Source of the DNA: Mobula hypostoma
Lineage: Eukaryota
Assembly: GCF_963921235.1 (NCBI RefSeq)
Contig: NC_086097.1
Coordinates: 209,438,001 to 209,502,000 of the forward strand
DNA length: 64,000 nt
Reading direction: 5' to 3'
Part shown: piece by piece, positions 1-13,089 of the stretch
Layout of the letters: each line of letters begins with the position of its first letter
How positions within the stretch are numbered: position 1 is the first letter of the stretch
The notes under the pieces: model-generated
Seen by the model: only the letters and a program-made list of their open reading frames with translations
What the model was told of the DNA's origin: nothing
The model's database searches: none
Translations under genes and position numbers: made by a program

Positions 1-884
1 GGTTTTATATGGTCGAGAAAATCTGCCTTGTTTTATTTTCCATGTTATCTCACCAGTCAAAATAAGAACAGAGTCCTATTGCAATGCGAATCCATGGTAG
101 ATGGAAACTCTAGTATTTTTTCCAGGAGCCACTTCATTATGTGAGCTAACTGAGCTTTGGGCACTATGGAACCCTTACTCCCACATAATACACCTTTCTA
201 CTATTCATTTTCAATTTTCAGGAGCAGCATCAACGCTCTGGCTTCCTGTCACAATCCCCTATTTAGCACTATTGTTGTGGAAATTGTTATAATCTTAAGT
301 AATGCAGCTAATTTGATTTCCCTTTCTACCTTCAGTAGTGGCTTAGAAAATAGTCAAAAGGGAGGAATCTATAAACTGAATAACTACAAGCCTGTTCAGT
401 GGTGGGCAAATTCTTGAAATCATTTCTGAACAGCACAAGCATGTGGATACCTTACGGATGGCAGGCTGGTCAGTAAAGGAAAGGAACGTGGGATCCATGC
501 AAAACTGGCAGCTGGATCCAAAACTTGGCTCGGTATCAAGAAATAAAATGATAATATTGGCAAGTGTTCTACGTGGCACAAAATACAGTTCCTTGATGTG
601 TGCAGTATATACTAACGGTTTAGTGTTAAAAATAGGAGGCTTGATTAAAAATGATTGCAGATGATAAAAAATAGTTGCAGTTTCTGCATAGGAAAGCTTC
701 ACACTACAGAAGGATGTAGGTAATTGAGCACATTAACTGCAAGTGGAGCACACTTTGAAGATATGGGTTAGTAATTTGAGAAAGTGGAACAGGACACAAT
801 AAATGAAAGGATGCTGAATATGGGAAGAATGCAGTCCTTGAAGTGTCCTGGGTCTGGCACATAAGTGCCATTATGAAGAATGCA

Positions 885-1600
885 TGGCCAGGCCTCTACT
901 TTCTTAGAAGTTTGTGTAGATTCAGAATGTCACCTAAAACTCCATCAGCCCAAGCTACCAATATTCTACAATACTTCAAACTCTGTCAAATTTCTATAGG
1001 TGTGTGGTGGAGAGTATACTGATTGGTTACATATTGGCCGGATATGGAAACTCCAATGCCCACGAATGGAAAATCCTCTAAGAGTATGTAGAAACGGCCT
1101 AGTCCACAGGTAAAGCCCACCCCACCAGTGAGCGCATCTATACAGAGCGCTGCTGCAGGAAAGCAGCATCTATCATCAAGGATCCCCACCAGCTGGGTCA
1201 TGCTGTTTTCTTGCTGCTGTCATCAGAAAAAAGGTACAGGAGCTTCAGAACTCACAGCACCAGGTTAAGGAACAGTTATTATCCTTCAACCATCAGGCTT
1301 TTTCCACCAGAGGAGATAATTTCACCCTATCACTGAACTGTTCCCACACTTTGACAGACTCTTCATCTCAAGTTCTCAATACTTATTGCTTATTTATTTA
1401 CTATTATTATGGTTTCTTTGTTTTCATTTTGTATTTGCAAAGTTTGTTGTATTTTGAACATTGTTTGTCTGTCCTGTTGGGTGCAGTCTTTTACTGACTC
1501 TATTGTATTTCTTGTATTTACTGCGAATACCCAAAAAAAAGATGAATTTCGGGATTGTATATGGTAACAAATATGTACGCTGATAATAAATTTAACATTC
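885..1600 (+). mobile_element. Rex1/Babar-like LINE, decayed 3' fragment
   Basis: Degenerate RT C-terminus (LYFLR...FYRCVVESIL...KAASIIKDPH...RLRNSY) followed by AT-rich 3' UTR with aataaa. Confidence 0.75.
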
Positions 1601-2365
1601 GACAGGAAAGATGTGATCACAATGGAGAAGATACGGAGGAGATTTTCCTCTGTAGCATCTGTGGCAAGAGATACAGTTAACAGCTCAGATCAAAAATACT
1701 TCATCAGAACTAAAATATGTTATTTTCTTGTGGAACAGAGAATGCGGTTGAGAATGCAGGACATAATGGTGAATGAGCCTTAATGGAGGCTTACAATATT
1801 ATCAGAGACCTAAGTAGAGTAAATTGAAAGAAATGAATTTCCTTGACGGAGGAGTGAATAAACAATTTAAAGTAGATGGGAGGAAAATTCGAGGGGAAGT
1901 GAGAAAGCACATTTTTCATGCCAAAACTTGCAAAGGTCTGAATATCACTGCCTGAAAGAATGGTGGAGAAAGAAGGGTTATATGGGAGGCAGGGTTTGAG
2001 GGGTGGCACAACATTGTAGGCCGAAGGGCCTGTAATGTGCTGTACTATTCTATGTTCTATGAAACTCGTGGCATTTAAAAATAGCGTGGATATGCACATG
2101 GAAGACTGTAATCTCCAGTGCTCTGGACCAAATAATGGAAGGTGAGATGAGCCTGAGTATTATGCAGACAGAATAGGCCAAATAAATGAGTCATATATAT
2201 TGTCTGATTCCAAGATTCCCATTTATGTAAATCACTAACTACATCCCAGAAATTATATTGTCTAATAAGTTGGTCCAGATGTGCATAGATAGATGCAACC
2301 TCTGATACTAGTTGATCAGACTTTTTTTTCACCATGGTTTTATTCTTTTTTAATTTCATAATCAG

Positions 2366-2500
2366 ATGATTGGTTCCTGGAGAAAATCATTATAACAGAG
2401 GGAGAACTGCCTGTTTCGAAACATACATTTATCCATGATAATTTCATTGGAGAACGTCAGAAAAATAATGAATTTTCTGAAGCAATAATCCATCTTAAAG
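2366..2500 (+). CDS. Internal exon 1/12 of a multi-PLAT (LH2) domain gene; C-terminal half of a PLAT domain
   Basis: Pyrimidine tract + atcag acceptor; reads DWFLEKIIITEGELPVSKHTFIHDNFIGERQKNNEFSEAIIHLK (PLAT W-F/Y-L-E-x-I motif); donor AAG|gtatta; phase 1 at both ends. Confidence 0.85.
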
Positions 2501-2619
2501 GTATTATGTTATGTACCTGAAAAAGAGTAGTTATTAAATTTAATTTATCACTGACAACAGTTTCTTTCCATTGCCTTGAATTAATGTTATTGTCGGAAAA
2601 ACAAAAAAAGGGCATTTTA

Positions 2620-4060
2620 CTGGGTTAATGGTCTATCAATACAAAAAGCATGAGATAATGGTGGATGGATGTAGAGAAAGAGCAACAAGGGCAAGATATG
2701 CAATGAATGGGAGGATATTAAGAAGGACAGCGCAAATCTTTGCTGAGAAAGGGGGAGATTGATCAGGGGCTGTTAGAAATGATTTATTAAAGGGGAAATC
2801 ATCATTGAACTTTTTCAAAGTGGGGGGGGGCGGATCTGGTGAGTTTGATGCAGTCCACATAAATTTTAGCAATTTATTTTACAACATGACAGGCTAGTCA
2901 ATAAAGGCACAGTTTATCCAAGGTAGAGTGGAAAGTTTGATCCAAAACTGACTTAGTGGCAGAAAGCAAAGAATATTGGTTGTTAAGTGGAGGTACAGCA
3001 GACCCAGTACTCAGCCCCTTGCTGTTTGTAGTATAAATTAATTATTTCAACTTGATTGTAAGTTTGGAGATGTTACAAAAATGGCTATTTACTTGATTGT
3101 AAGGAAATGAATTTTTGACAGCCAGATGAGAGTGGTGGCCTGATCAGTTAAACAGAAAAATGGCGAATGGAATTCATTTGGAAGAAGTGTGAGGTAAATG
3201 CAACTGAGAATGCATAATAAAATGGAGGAATCTGAGAGTGGTGAAGGAACAAGGATCTCATAATGTACATTCACAGATCCTTAATTGCAGAAATCAACAA
3301 TACATTTAAGAAGGCACATAGCATGTTTCTTTATTAGTCAAAGTTTTGAAAGTAAGAGCAGGGAGAGTTTGCTGGTTAATATACAATAAACTAGAAATGG
3401 ATTATTGTGTTAAGTTCTGGCCACCATATTACTGCATGTATTGGAGGAGATATTCATGAGAATTTGCCAAAATTGTAAAACATTAGCTACGAGGAAATAT
3501 TGGACAGCCTATATCAGAACTGGCTTGTTTTCTTGGAACAGAGAAGCAGGGTGGTGGGGAGGTGTGGATGGTGATTCTGAGATTTCAATGAGGTGCATAA
3601 AATTAAGAGCAGATGGAGAGGTTACATGGAGAGGACTTCCTTCCCCAAGTGAAAGAGTTAAAAAAAAACAAGGGCATTAATTTATATGAGTTAGAAAAAT
3701 TAGAGTGGAGATAATAAATTGTACATTTTTTTTGTGTTCTATCGCTGAGCAGCAGTGAACCATCTGAATGGCCTATCAGGGTTCTCTTTGAGAACTAGTT
3801 GACTTGATCAGCATTTCTGATCTGGCTATTGTTCACGATTGCATTTAATTAAAAAAATGGTGTAAAGATGGTAGGGATCAGAACTTATTGACTGAAAGAA
3901 TGGTAGAGACAAAAAATTTCATTTAACGATTTCTTGAATGCATACTTGGGTGATGAACTGGACTACAGACACAATACTGGAATGAGATATTTGACTGAGT
4001 AGCGCTTTCCTAACTAGCACAAAATCAGTGGGCCAAATGGCCGTCTCCTGAGTCATAAAT
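2620..4060 (+). mobile_element. Highly decayed CR1-type LINE 3' half
   Basis: Remnants of CR1 RT motifs (ctcagcccctt; tattgtgttaagttctggccacc) and a gggccaaatggcc tail. Confidence 0.55.
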
Positions 4061-4295
4061 ATTTTGTGATCCCCAAATAAATGAGCTGCTTCACGGATAA
4101 TTGAAATAAATTTTTTTATGTTACTTTATAAAATAATATAATATTATAACAGGAAAGGATTATCTAGAGTTTCCTTTAATCCATCTTTATATACTGTTTC
4201 AAAGGTTCATTTACTATCAAAGTATACAACTCTGAAATTTTTCTTCTCCAGATAGCCATGAAACCAAGAAAGAAGAGAATGGCAGCACGATCATT

Positions 4296-4503
4296 AACCC
4301 CCAAATCCCTCCTCCACGCACAAAAACTGAACAAAAATGGAGCAGGCACATCAACCCCCAAAATCCCTCCTCCACGCACAAAAACTGAACAAAAATGGAG
4401 CAGGCATATCAACCCCCAAATCCCTCCTCTCCGCACAAAAAAACTGAACAAAAATGAAACAGGCACATTGACCCCCGAATCCCCATCTCCACACACAAAA
4501 AAA
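4296..4503. repeat. Tandem repeat, about 3.5 copies of a 57-59 bp unit
   Basis: Unit AACCCCCAAATCCCTCCTCCACGCACAAAAACTGAACAAAAATGGAGCAGGCACATC starting at 4296, 4353, 4411 and (partial) 4470. Confidence 0.9.
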
Positions 4504-4873
4504 TGTGGAAGATCAGACAAAAAAACAAAGAATACAAGAAAAACCATAAGGCTGTAAAAAAGTCCACATCCAAAATGCAGAAAACCTGGGCAACATTCTT
4601 CCTCTCTGTAGCAGAGTGATCGCACCAGTGATAAAAAGGCAGCCTCCCCTCTCCGTACCAGAGTGATCTTGAAATATGCAAAGAAATATTTGCACAGAGT
4701 AACATTTATTTTTGCTTGAAAGTGGAAATGTCATATATAACTTTCTGGAATGTTAATTACAATGTTGTAAATTTTATTAAGCAATTTCAACTAAAATGGA
4801 AGATGATGGAATATATCCACATATAGATGAATAGCTAGTATTTATTACTTTTCAATCACACTTTTTTATTCAG

Positions 4874-5067
4874 AAGCTGTTGACATTTTCACTAACCCTT
4901 TGGACCATATTACAATTGACCGCAAAGAACCATGGCAGATGTGGATGCATACAATGTCTGACAGTGGAGAGTTATTACAAAAACCTGAAATTTCTTTAAT
5001 TGTATTTGGAACAAAGGGAAAATCTCCTTTGATGGAAATTGCAAATGTGAAAAATATTCCATTTGAG
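4874..5067 (+). CDS. Exon 2/12, linker plus N-half of a divergent PLAT domain
   Basis: tttattcag acceptor; EAVDIFTNPLDHITIDRKEPWQMWMHTMSDSGELLQKPEISLIVFGTKGKSPLMEIANVKNIPFE; donor GAG|gtaaga; phase 1 to 0. Confidence 0.85.
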
Positions 5068-5483
5068 GTAAGATTTTAAAAATTGAATGAGAAGCTTAAA
5101 ACATTTTTAATGCTTATCTACTTTTCTTCTAGCAATAACCTCTGCATAAAGAGGATGCCACCTCCACTTAACTAAATATAACAATGCCTGCAATACAACT
5201 AAAGCTTTAAGCTCCAGGACTAGCTGTGCCTCTTAGCCAAGTTGTCCTGGTGTAGCAAAACACTGATATCTAACCGGATGTCGATGTTGTACAGTTATAT
5301 CCTCTTCACAAAATGGCAGGATAAATTCGGTCCACTTAGTCAGTCCCCTCACATTCAACTGCAAGTTATGGAAGGTATTATTGATGCAGTCAAACTGCAC
5401 TTACTCACAACTTGTTCACTGAAAACTTTGGTTTTGGGTTTTGTCAGGATGGCATAGGTCCACATCTCCAAAGATCTGAATTC

Positions 5484-8480
5484 CATAAGACCATAAGATA
5501 TAAAAGCAAAATTTGGCCATTTTGATCCATTAAGTCAGCTCCACCACTCCATCATGATTGATCTATCATCCCTCTCGACCCCATCTTCCTGCCTTCTCCC
5601 CATAGCGTTTGATACTCTGATTAATCAACAACCTATAACTCTCTGCCTTAAATATACCCAGTGACTTGGCCTGCACAGCCGTCTGTAGTAATGAATTCGA
5701 GAGATTCACCACCTTCTGGCTAAAGAAATTTTTCCTCATCTCTGTTCTAAATAGACATGTCTCAATTTTGAGGCTGTGCCCTCTGGATCTACACTTCGTC
5801 ACAATAGGAAACATCCTCTTCACATCCACTCTATTCAGTCCTTTCAATATACAGTAGGTTTCAATGAGATTCCGCCCCCCCCCCCCCCGCTTATTCTTCT
5901 ATTCTTCTAAACTGCAGCCCAGAGCTATCAAACGCTCCTCATATATTAACTCTCTCGATTCTGGGATCATTCTCGTGATCTTCTGGACCTGGACCTTCAC
6001 CAATGCTAACACATCTTTTCTTAGATAAGAGGCCCAAAGCTGCTCACAATATTCCAAATGCATTCTGACCAATGCCTTATTAAGACTGAGTAATATATTC
6101 TCGCTTTTGTATTCTAGTCCTCTCAAAATGAATGCTAACATTTCATTTGCCTTCCTGACTACCAACTCAACCTGTAAGTTAAGACTATGAGATAAAGGAG
6201 CAGAATTAGGCCATTTGGCCTATTGAGTCTGTCCTTCCATTTCATCATGGCTGATCCATTTTTCCTCTCAGCTCCAATCTCCTGCCTCCCCCACTGAGGT
6301 GTACCAGTGTTGATCGTAGTGAAGGGGAGATATTATCATCAATCTGCACAGATTGTGGTCTTCCAGTTAGGAAGTTGAGGATCCACTGAAGAGTGAGGTT
6401 CTCAATCAGAATTGTGGGAATGATAGTATTAAATGCTGAGCTATAGTGGATGAGCAGCATCCTGACATAGGTGTTTGTATTATCCAAGTGGTTTAAGGGC
6501 ATGTGAAGAGCCATTGAGATCGCACCTGCTGTTGACCTATTGTAATGATAGACAAATTGCAGTGAGTCCAGGACCTTGCTGAGGCAGGAGTTCAGACTGG
6601 TCATGACCAACCTCTCAAAGCATTTCATTACTGTAGGTGTGAGTGCTACCGGGTGATAGTCATTAAGGCAGCTCACATTATTCTTCTTAAGCACTGGCAT
6701 AATTGTTGCTTTTTTGAAGCAAGTGGGAATTTCCACCCATAGCAGTGAGAGGTTGAAAATGTCCTTGGATACTCCCGCTAGTTGGTTGGCACAAGTTTTC
6801 AGGGCCTTACCAGGTACTCCATCGGGACCTTGCGCCATGCAAGGGTTCACCCTCTTTAAAGACAGCCTAACATTGGCCTCTGAGACAGAGATCACAGGGT
6901 CACCGGGCTGCAGGAGTCTTCAAAGCCGTAGTTATATTCTCCTTTTCAAAGCAGACGTAGAAGTCCTGCCTGAGAACTCCCAAGTCCTTCTACACCCCTG
7001 AATTTTGAATTTTCTCCCCAATTATAATATAGTTCATGCCTTTATTCTTTGTACCAAAGTGCATGACTATGCACTTATCTATGCTCTGTATCACCTGCCT
7101 CCTTTTGCTCATTTTCTCAATCTTCAAAGCCCTTCTGCAGACACTCTGCTTCTGCAAAACTGCCTTCCCCTCCACCTGTCTTCATATTCTTCACAACCTT
7201 GGCCACAAAGCCATCAATTCCTTCATCCAAATCATTTACATATAACTTGAAAACAAGCGATCCGAACACTGACCCCTGTGAAACACCACTAGTCACCATC
7301 AACCTACCAGAAAAAGACCCCCTTTATTCTCACTCTTTGCCTCCAACCAATCAGCCAATCTTCTACCCATGCCAGCACCTTTCCTGTAATATCATGGGCT
7401 CTTATTTTGTTATGCAGCATCTTGTCATAGGCCTTCTGAAAATTGAAATATATTTCATCCACTCACTCTCCTTTCTCTATCCTGCTTGTTATTTTCTCAA
7501 AGAATTACAACAGATTTGTCAGGCAAATTTTCCTCTTAAGAAAACCATGTCGACTTTGGCCTATTTTATCATGTGCCTCCAAACACCTCGAAACCTCATC
7601 TTTAACAATAGATTCCAAAATCTTTCTAACCACTGAAGTCAAGCTAACTGGCCTATGATTTCCGTTTTTTCTGCCTCCCTTCCCTCTTAAAGAGTGGAAT
7701 GACATCTGCAATTTTTCGGTCCTCAGGAACCATACCAGAATCTAGTCATTCTTGAAAGTTCATTACTAAAGCCTCCACATTGTCTTCAACTACTTCTTTC
7801 AGAACCTTAGGGTGTAGTCTACCTTCAGGCATTTCAGCTTCCTAAGCACCTTTTCCATAGTAACAGCAATGGCACTCACTTCTGCCCCCTGCCATTCTCA
7901 CTCTCTTGCATTCTGCTAGTGTCTTCCACAGTGAAGGCTCATACAAAATACTTAGTAAGTTTGCATTACAATTCTTTGTCCCCCATTACTACCACTCCAC
8001 AGTCATTTCCTGCAGTCTGATTCACTCTCATCTCCATTTTTCTCTTAACATATCTGATAAAAAAATTTTATATTCTCTTTTATTTTATTGGCTAGCTTTC
8101 CTTCATATTTTATCTTTTCTCTCTTTATAGCTTTTTCCGTTACTTTCTGTTGGTTTTTAAAAGCTTCCCAATGGTGTAGCTTACCTCTAATTTTTGATAT
8201 ATTACAATGTTTTGCTTTTATGCTGTCTTTGACTTAGCTTGTCATCCACCGTTACCTCTTCCTCCCTTTAGAATACCTCTTCATTTTTAGGATGTATCTA
8301 TCCTGTGCCTTCCAAGTTGCTTGCAGAAATTCCAGCCATTGCTGCTTTGCCATCATCCCTGGTAGTGTCCTCTTCCAATCAACTTTGGCAAGCTCCTTTC
8401 TCATGCCTCTGTAATTCCCTTTACTCCATTTTGCCTGCTTTATTGCCTTTACAGATACATCTGACTCTAACAATGCCCCA
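5484..8480 (-). mobile_element. CR1/HER1-type LINE, decayed, with nested inserts
   Basis: Reverse-strand tail cataagaccataag; ORF pieces HLEYCEQLWASYLRKD, SGVSQGSVFG, NHRPVSLTSVVRKILE, KGNYRGMRKELAKVDW. Confidence 0.88.
6291..6960 (-). mobile_element. Rex1/Babar-like RT fragment nested in the CR1
   Basis: ORF 6245-6895: AQGPDGVPG...LNDYHPVALTPTVMKCFERLV...YVRMLLIHYSSAFNTI. Confidence 0.85.
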
Positions 8481-8804
8481 TTCACACAATGCCTGCTCCG
8501 ACAATGACCACCCCACCTACACCTCCTTTCCTGTTATTGGCCCCATGCTGTTGTCGCCAGCCAAAAAGAAGCTGAAAGCTCCTGAGGTCTTTTTAAACCT
8601 TGCACTGTGTCACCAACAAGTGACCTCTCATGCTGATTTCAACTGCCAAAGAGAAGTTGAAAACTCTCGAAATCATTCCGGAGAAAAGCTGAGGATCCTG
8701 ATGAAAGGTCTCAACCTGAAACATCGACTGTTTACTCCTTTCCATAGATGTTGTCTGGCCCGCTGAGTTCCTCTAGCATTTTGAGTGTATTACTTTGATT
8801 TCCA

Positions 8805-9730
8805 AATGACATGACCGTGTTGGGTCTCATCAGCAAGAACAATGAGTCAGCATACAGAGAGGAGGTACAGTGGCTAACAGACCGGTGCAGAGCCAACAAC
8901 TAGTCTCTGAATGTGAACAAAACAAAAGAGATGGTTATTGACTTCAGGAGGACATGGAACGACCTCTCTCCACTGAACATCAATGACTCCTCCACAGAGA
9001 TCATTAAGAGCACCGAAGTTCTTGGTGTTCACCTGGTGGAGAATCTCACCTGGTCCCTCAACACCAGCTCCATAGCAAAGAAAGCCCAGCAGCATCTCTA
9101 CTTTCTGCGAAGGCCATCTCTCACCCCCGATCCTCACCACATTCTACAGAGGTTGTATTGAGAGCATCCTGAGCGGCTGCATCACTGCCTGGTTCGGAAA
9201 TTGCACCATCTCGGATCACAAGACCCCGCAGCAGATAGTGATGTCAGCTGAGAAGATCATCGGGGTCTCTCTTCCCGTCATTACAGACATTTACACCACA
9301 TGCTGCATACGCAAAGCAAACAGCATTATGAAGGACTCCATGCACCCCTCATACAAACTCTTCTCCCTCCTGCCATCTGGCAAAAGACACCGAAGCATTC
9401 GGGCTCTCATGACCAGACTACGTAACAGTTTCTTCCCCCAAGCCATCAGACTCATCAATACCCAGAGCCTGGACTGACACCAACCTACTGCCCTCTGCTG
9501 TGCCTATCGTCTTGTTTATTATTTATTGTAATGCCTGCACTGTTTTGTACACGTTATGCAGTCCTGGGTAGGTCTGTAGTCTAGTGTAGTTTTGCATTGT
9601 TTTACATAGTTCAGTGTAGTTTTTGTATTGTTTCATGTAGCACCATGGTCCTGAAAAACATCTCGTTTTTACTGTGTACTGTACCAGCAGTTATGGTCAA
9701 AATGACAATACAAGGTGTCTTGACTTGACT
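8805..9730 (+). mobile_element. Rex1/Babar-like LINE 3' fragment
   Basis: KTKEMVIDFRR, KKAQQHLYFLRR, LFSLLPSGKR...RLRNSFFPQAIRL; tail gtcttgacttgact. Confidence 0.85.
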
Positions 9731-10589
9731 CTGAAGATTTTCTCTTGTCTGAGAGTACTTGCCTTTGATATCAATGCAGTATTTGAACAAGAGTGACAAC
9801 AAAGAAAACCGTATAAAACTCAGTCAATGAGCTTCTAGAGGAAAACTTTACAGAGATTGGAATTTTACCTTTGACAATGGAAAAAGGTAGTGGTTGTTGG
9901 AAATCAATCATCTTAATTTCAGGGCATTGCAGGAAAGTATATCTAAAGTGGGCCTAAACATCTTCACATGCTTTATCAGTGATCTTCCTTCTGTCATAAC
10001 ATTAGAACAAGGATGTTTCTGATTCTTGAAAATAAATTCAGTTCAATTTGCACTTCTCCAGCAAATAGAGCAGTCCATGCCTGTATATAGCAAGACCTAT
10101 CAACAGTTAGAGGTTGGCAGATAAGTGGTGAATACCAGCTCCACCACAAAAGTTCCAAGTAATGATTATTTATGACATGTAAGTCAAACCATTAATTTTT
10201 GACATTCAGCCGCATTGCCTTCACCACGTTTGCATTTTCCCTTTCTCTTCTATCTTCTGCATCCTCAACTTCTTGACTGGCATGAGACGGTAGGGGTGAT
10301 TCTCATAATGGAAAAGCACACCACAATAGATATGACAGGCATTCAGCTGGATATTCCAAAGTAATTATTACTAACTTAGTTAACTATGTGCATTATGGTA
10401 TTGGTAGACTGTTTCTTTTGATTTCTCAAAGCAGCCTGACCTCAGTTTATGGCTTAGACACTTAGATATATATAAGTTTCAAACCGGCGTCACAAACTAT
10501 TTCATCAGTGGATAGCCTTTCACACTCAATTAACTCCATTACTTCATTGAATACAGCATTGTGGTTGCTTCCTTAATGTTAAACATCTT

Positions 10590-10810
10590 CCTCCATCAGA
10601 TTCCTTCTACTCCAGCTCTTTACCTTTTCCACCTGTCACCTCCCAGCTTCTTACTATATCCCTCCTGCAGTTCACCACCCACCTGTGTCTTCTTCACCCT
10701 TCCTTTCCAATCCTGATGAAGGGTCTCAGTCTGAAATGTTGACTCTTTATTCCTCCCCATAGATGCTGCCTGACCTGCTGAGTGTCCCCCCCCTCACCCC
10801 AGCATCTTGT
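10590..10810 (+). mobile_element. PLE terminal repeat (pLTR) fragment
   Basis: Pyrimidine-rich segment followed by cctgatgaagggtctcagtctgaaatgttgac...agatgctgcctgacctgctgag, as in the other PLE copies. Confidence 0.7.
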
Positions 10811-13089
10811 GAAAGGCCAGGTATCTTGATACCGCAAAGCTTATCCATTATGCACAAGCATAATTAGAGAGTATGAAGTAATACTCCATGATTGCTCTGA
10901 TTGCTGTCATGAAAATAATTATTAAGGAAGAGCTCTGATCAGAATTGCTATGTTGTGCACTGCAAGATCCCAGGAATAGCATTGAGATAAATCACCAGTT
11001 AATTACAATTTAGCAACAAATATTAAAAGAACTGAGGAACTGAAAAAAAGAGGAAAAGGTAATTTATGGAAATTAAATCACAAAATGACATCTGCTGCAT
11101 AATTGCAAGTGCATTTTGACTGCCATGTGTGATCTGGAAATTCTTCGTAGGTTACTAATTTCTAATCACGCAGAGCAGATTCAAACCTGCTATATTGTGC
11201 TGTCTGTCTGGACGAGCTATGCAATTAGGCCCAACCCCTGCACTTTTCCAAAGCACCACATTTTATTCTTTTTCAAGCATCAATTCAAGTCTGTTTTGAA
11301 AATTACAGGAGAATAAATTATTAACATAAACATTGAAATTATCTTTTGGCTGATAAAATAGGTCTAGATAACTAATACAGATTACATGAGATATGAGAGC
11401 AACAGATTATTGTACTCTAACTGGACATGAAATACTCAGCAGGAGATCCTGGACAGAGATCCGATAGCAATCCACTGGAAACATGGAATCATAGGATTAA
11501 TTCAGTTGTGAAAAATAATGTGAAATGGTTTCCAACACAGGCGTGTTTCATAAAATCATTAAGAATCACATAATATAGGAAGTTTCATGGCCTACTTGAA
11601 CCTACTATTAAATTTATCTAAATCCCCTGCTCTTTCCATGTCATCTGCATCATTTCTCTTTTTCAAGTTATAATCCAATTTCTTTTTTTAGAGTTGCTAC
11701 TGAATGAGCTTCAATCACCACTTCAGACATATTATCATGAAGTGTTAGATAATAAATTCCAATCATCCAGTTCCTGGTATTTGGGAATGCCTTCAATTCT
11801 GTGTCCTCACAGCTAACCACCCTGCCAATGCAGATTGCTTTTCCTATTTATTTTAACAAAACACCTTATGATCTTAGGGATCTGTTTATTTTTTCCTTCA
11901 TCTTCTCTGCTGTAAGAACATTTGAGGCCTAACCAATGATTGATAAAGATTGAACAGAGCTCCATTTCCTTGTACATCTGTTCATCACCTGAGGATACTT
12001 TACCTAGAATATGATTTTACGCTTATTTGTTGGGTCCCAAACTAGGCCCTTTCACACAGTAATGTTCAATGGCAGCCCCTTCCCCCACACCAAAATATTT
12101 GCAAACTTAGGAAGTTATTCATTGAAGAAATAGTTATGGTGATTTTTATTGATTGTGAACACATAGCTTCTAAAAGCAGATGCCTCTGAAGATCATAGGT
12201 TTTTCCCATAAGAGATTGTGGAGGTGGATCTCACCTTCGACACTATCCATAGCAGCCATGGTACACCAGCACAAAAAGCTGCCATGGAGTGAGAGAAAAT
12301 GTGGTAGAGGTTGGACTCACATCTTCTCCCTATATGGCTACCACCCTACACCCTGAGAAATTGAATCCCACCACAATGTGGCATGAGTTCATTATTCAGG
12401 CTGGAACCATGACCTATCTGCACTGAGCATCATTTTGAGTGTCCACCATAGGTATTGTCAAACAGATTGTCAATTGTGTAAAAAGCATCCAAGATATTGT
12501 TAAATCCCATTGCTTGTGCTGTCTTCAATGTTTTCAGCTGTTCCTTGATGTTATACAGAGTGAATTGAATTGGCTTTGTGATTGTTGGAATCTTAGGTGG
12601 AAGCTGAGATCAAATCACCATTTGACACCTCTGGCTGACCACGGTCTCTAATGCTTCAACTTTGCGTTTGGCATTTACAGGCAGGGCCTCTCCATTGCTG
12701 AGGATGTGGGTGCTCTTGGAGCCACTTCCTCATGATGGTATTAAATTAACCACCATCAATCATGACCATGCCAGTGGGACTCACTTGCTGGGCATCATGG
12801 TCAGCAAGGACAAGTTAGGCTGAAGGGCTAACTTCCTTGCAAGATTACTCGTTGACTATGGCTAGATGTGGCAGGGAAGTCAGGTTTTGATCTGATGTAT
12901 TAATTGTTGATGTCTTTGCTCTCTATTGCCTGCTGTTTTACTTGTTAATCAGTTGAATGTTCAATCAGAATTTAAGAGATTAACAATATTTATTATTATG
13001 TCAGTCAAATCTATAATTTATTTCCAGCATAAATTTGCCAGGCTCTTAATAAAAAGGCTGTACTTAAATAGCTGAGATGTTCAGTCTAT

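Noticed and set aside
40..110. Possible upstream exon after caccag
   Set aside because: No PLAT-like peptide and no phase-compatible donor for exon 2366.
4296..4503. CRISPR-like array
   Set aside because: Units are contiguous with no unique spacers, the context is eukaryotic, and there are no cas genes.
4258..4557. Lys/Pro-rich repetitive ORF
   Set aside because: It is a translation of the 57-59 bp tandem repeat, with no splice context.
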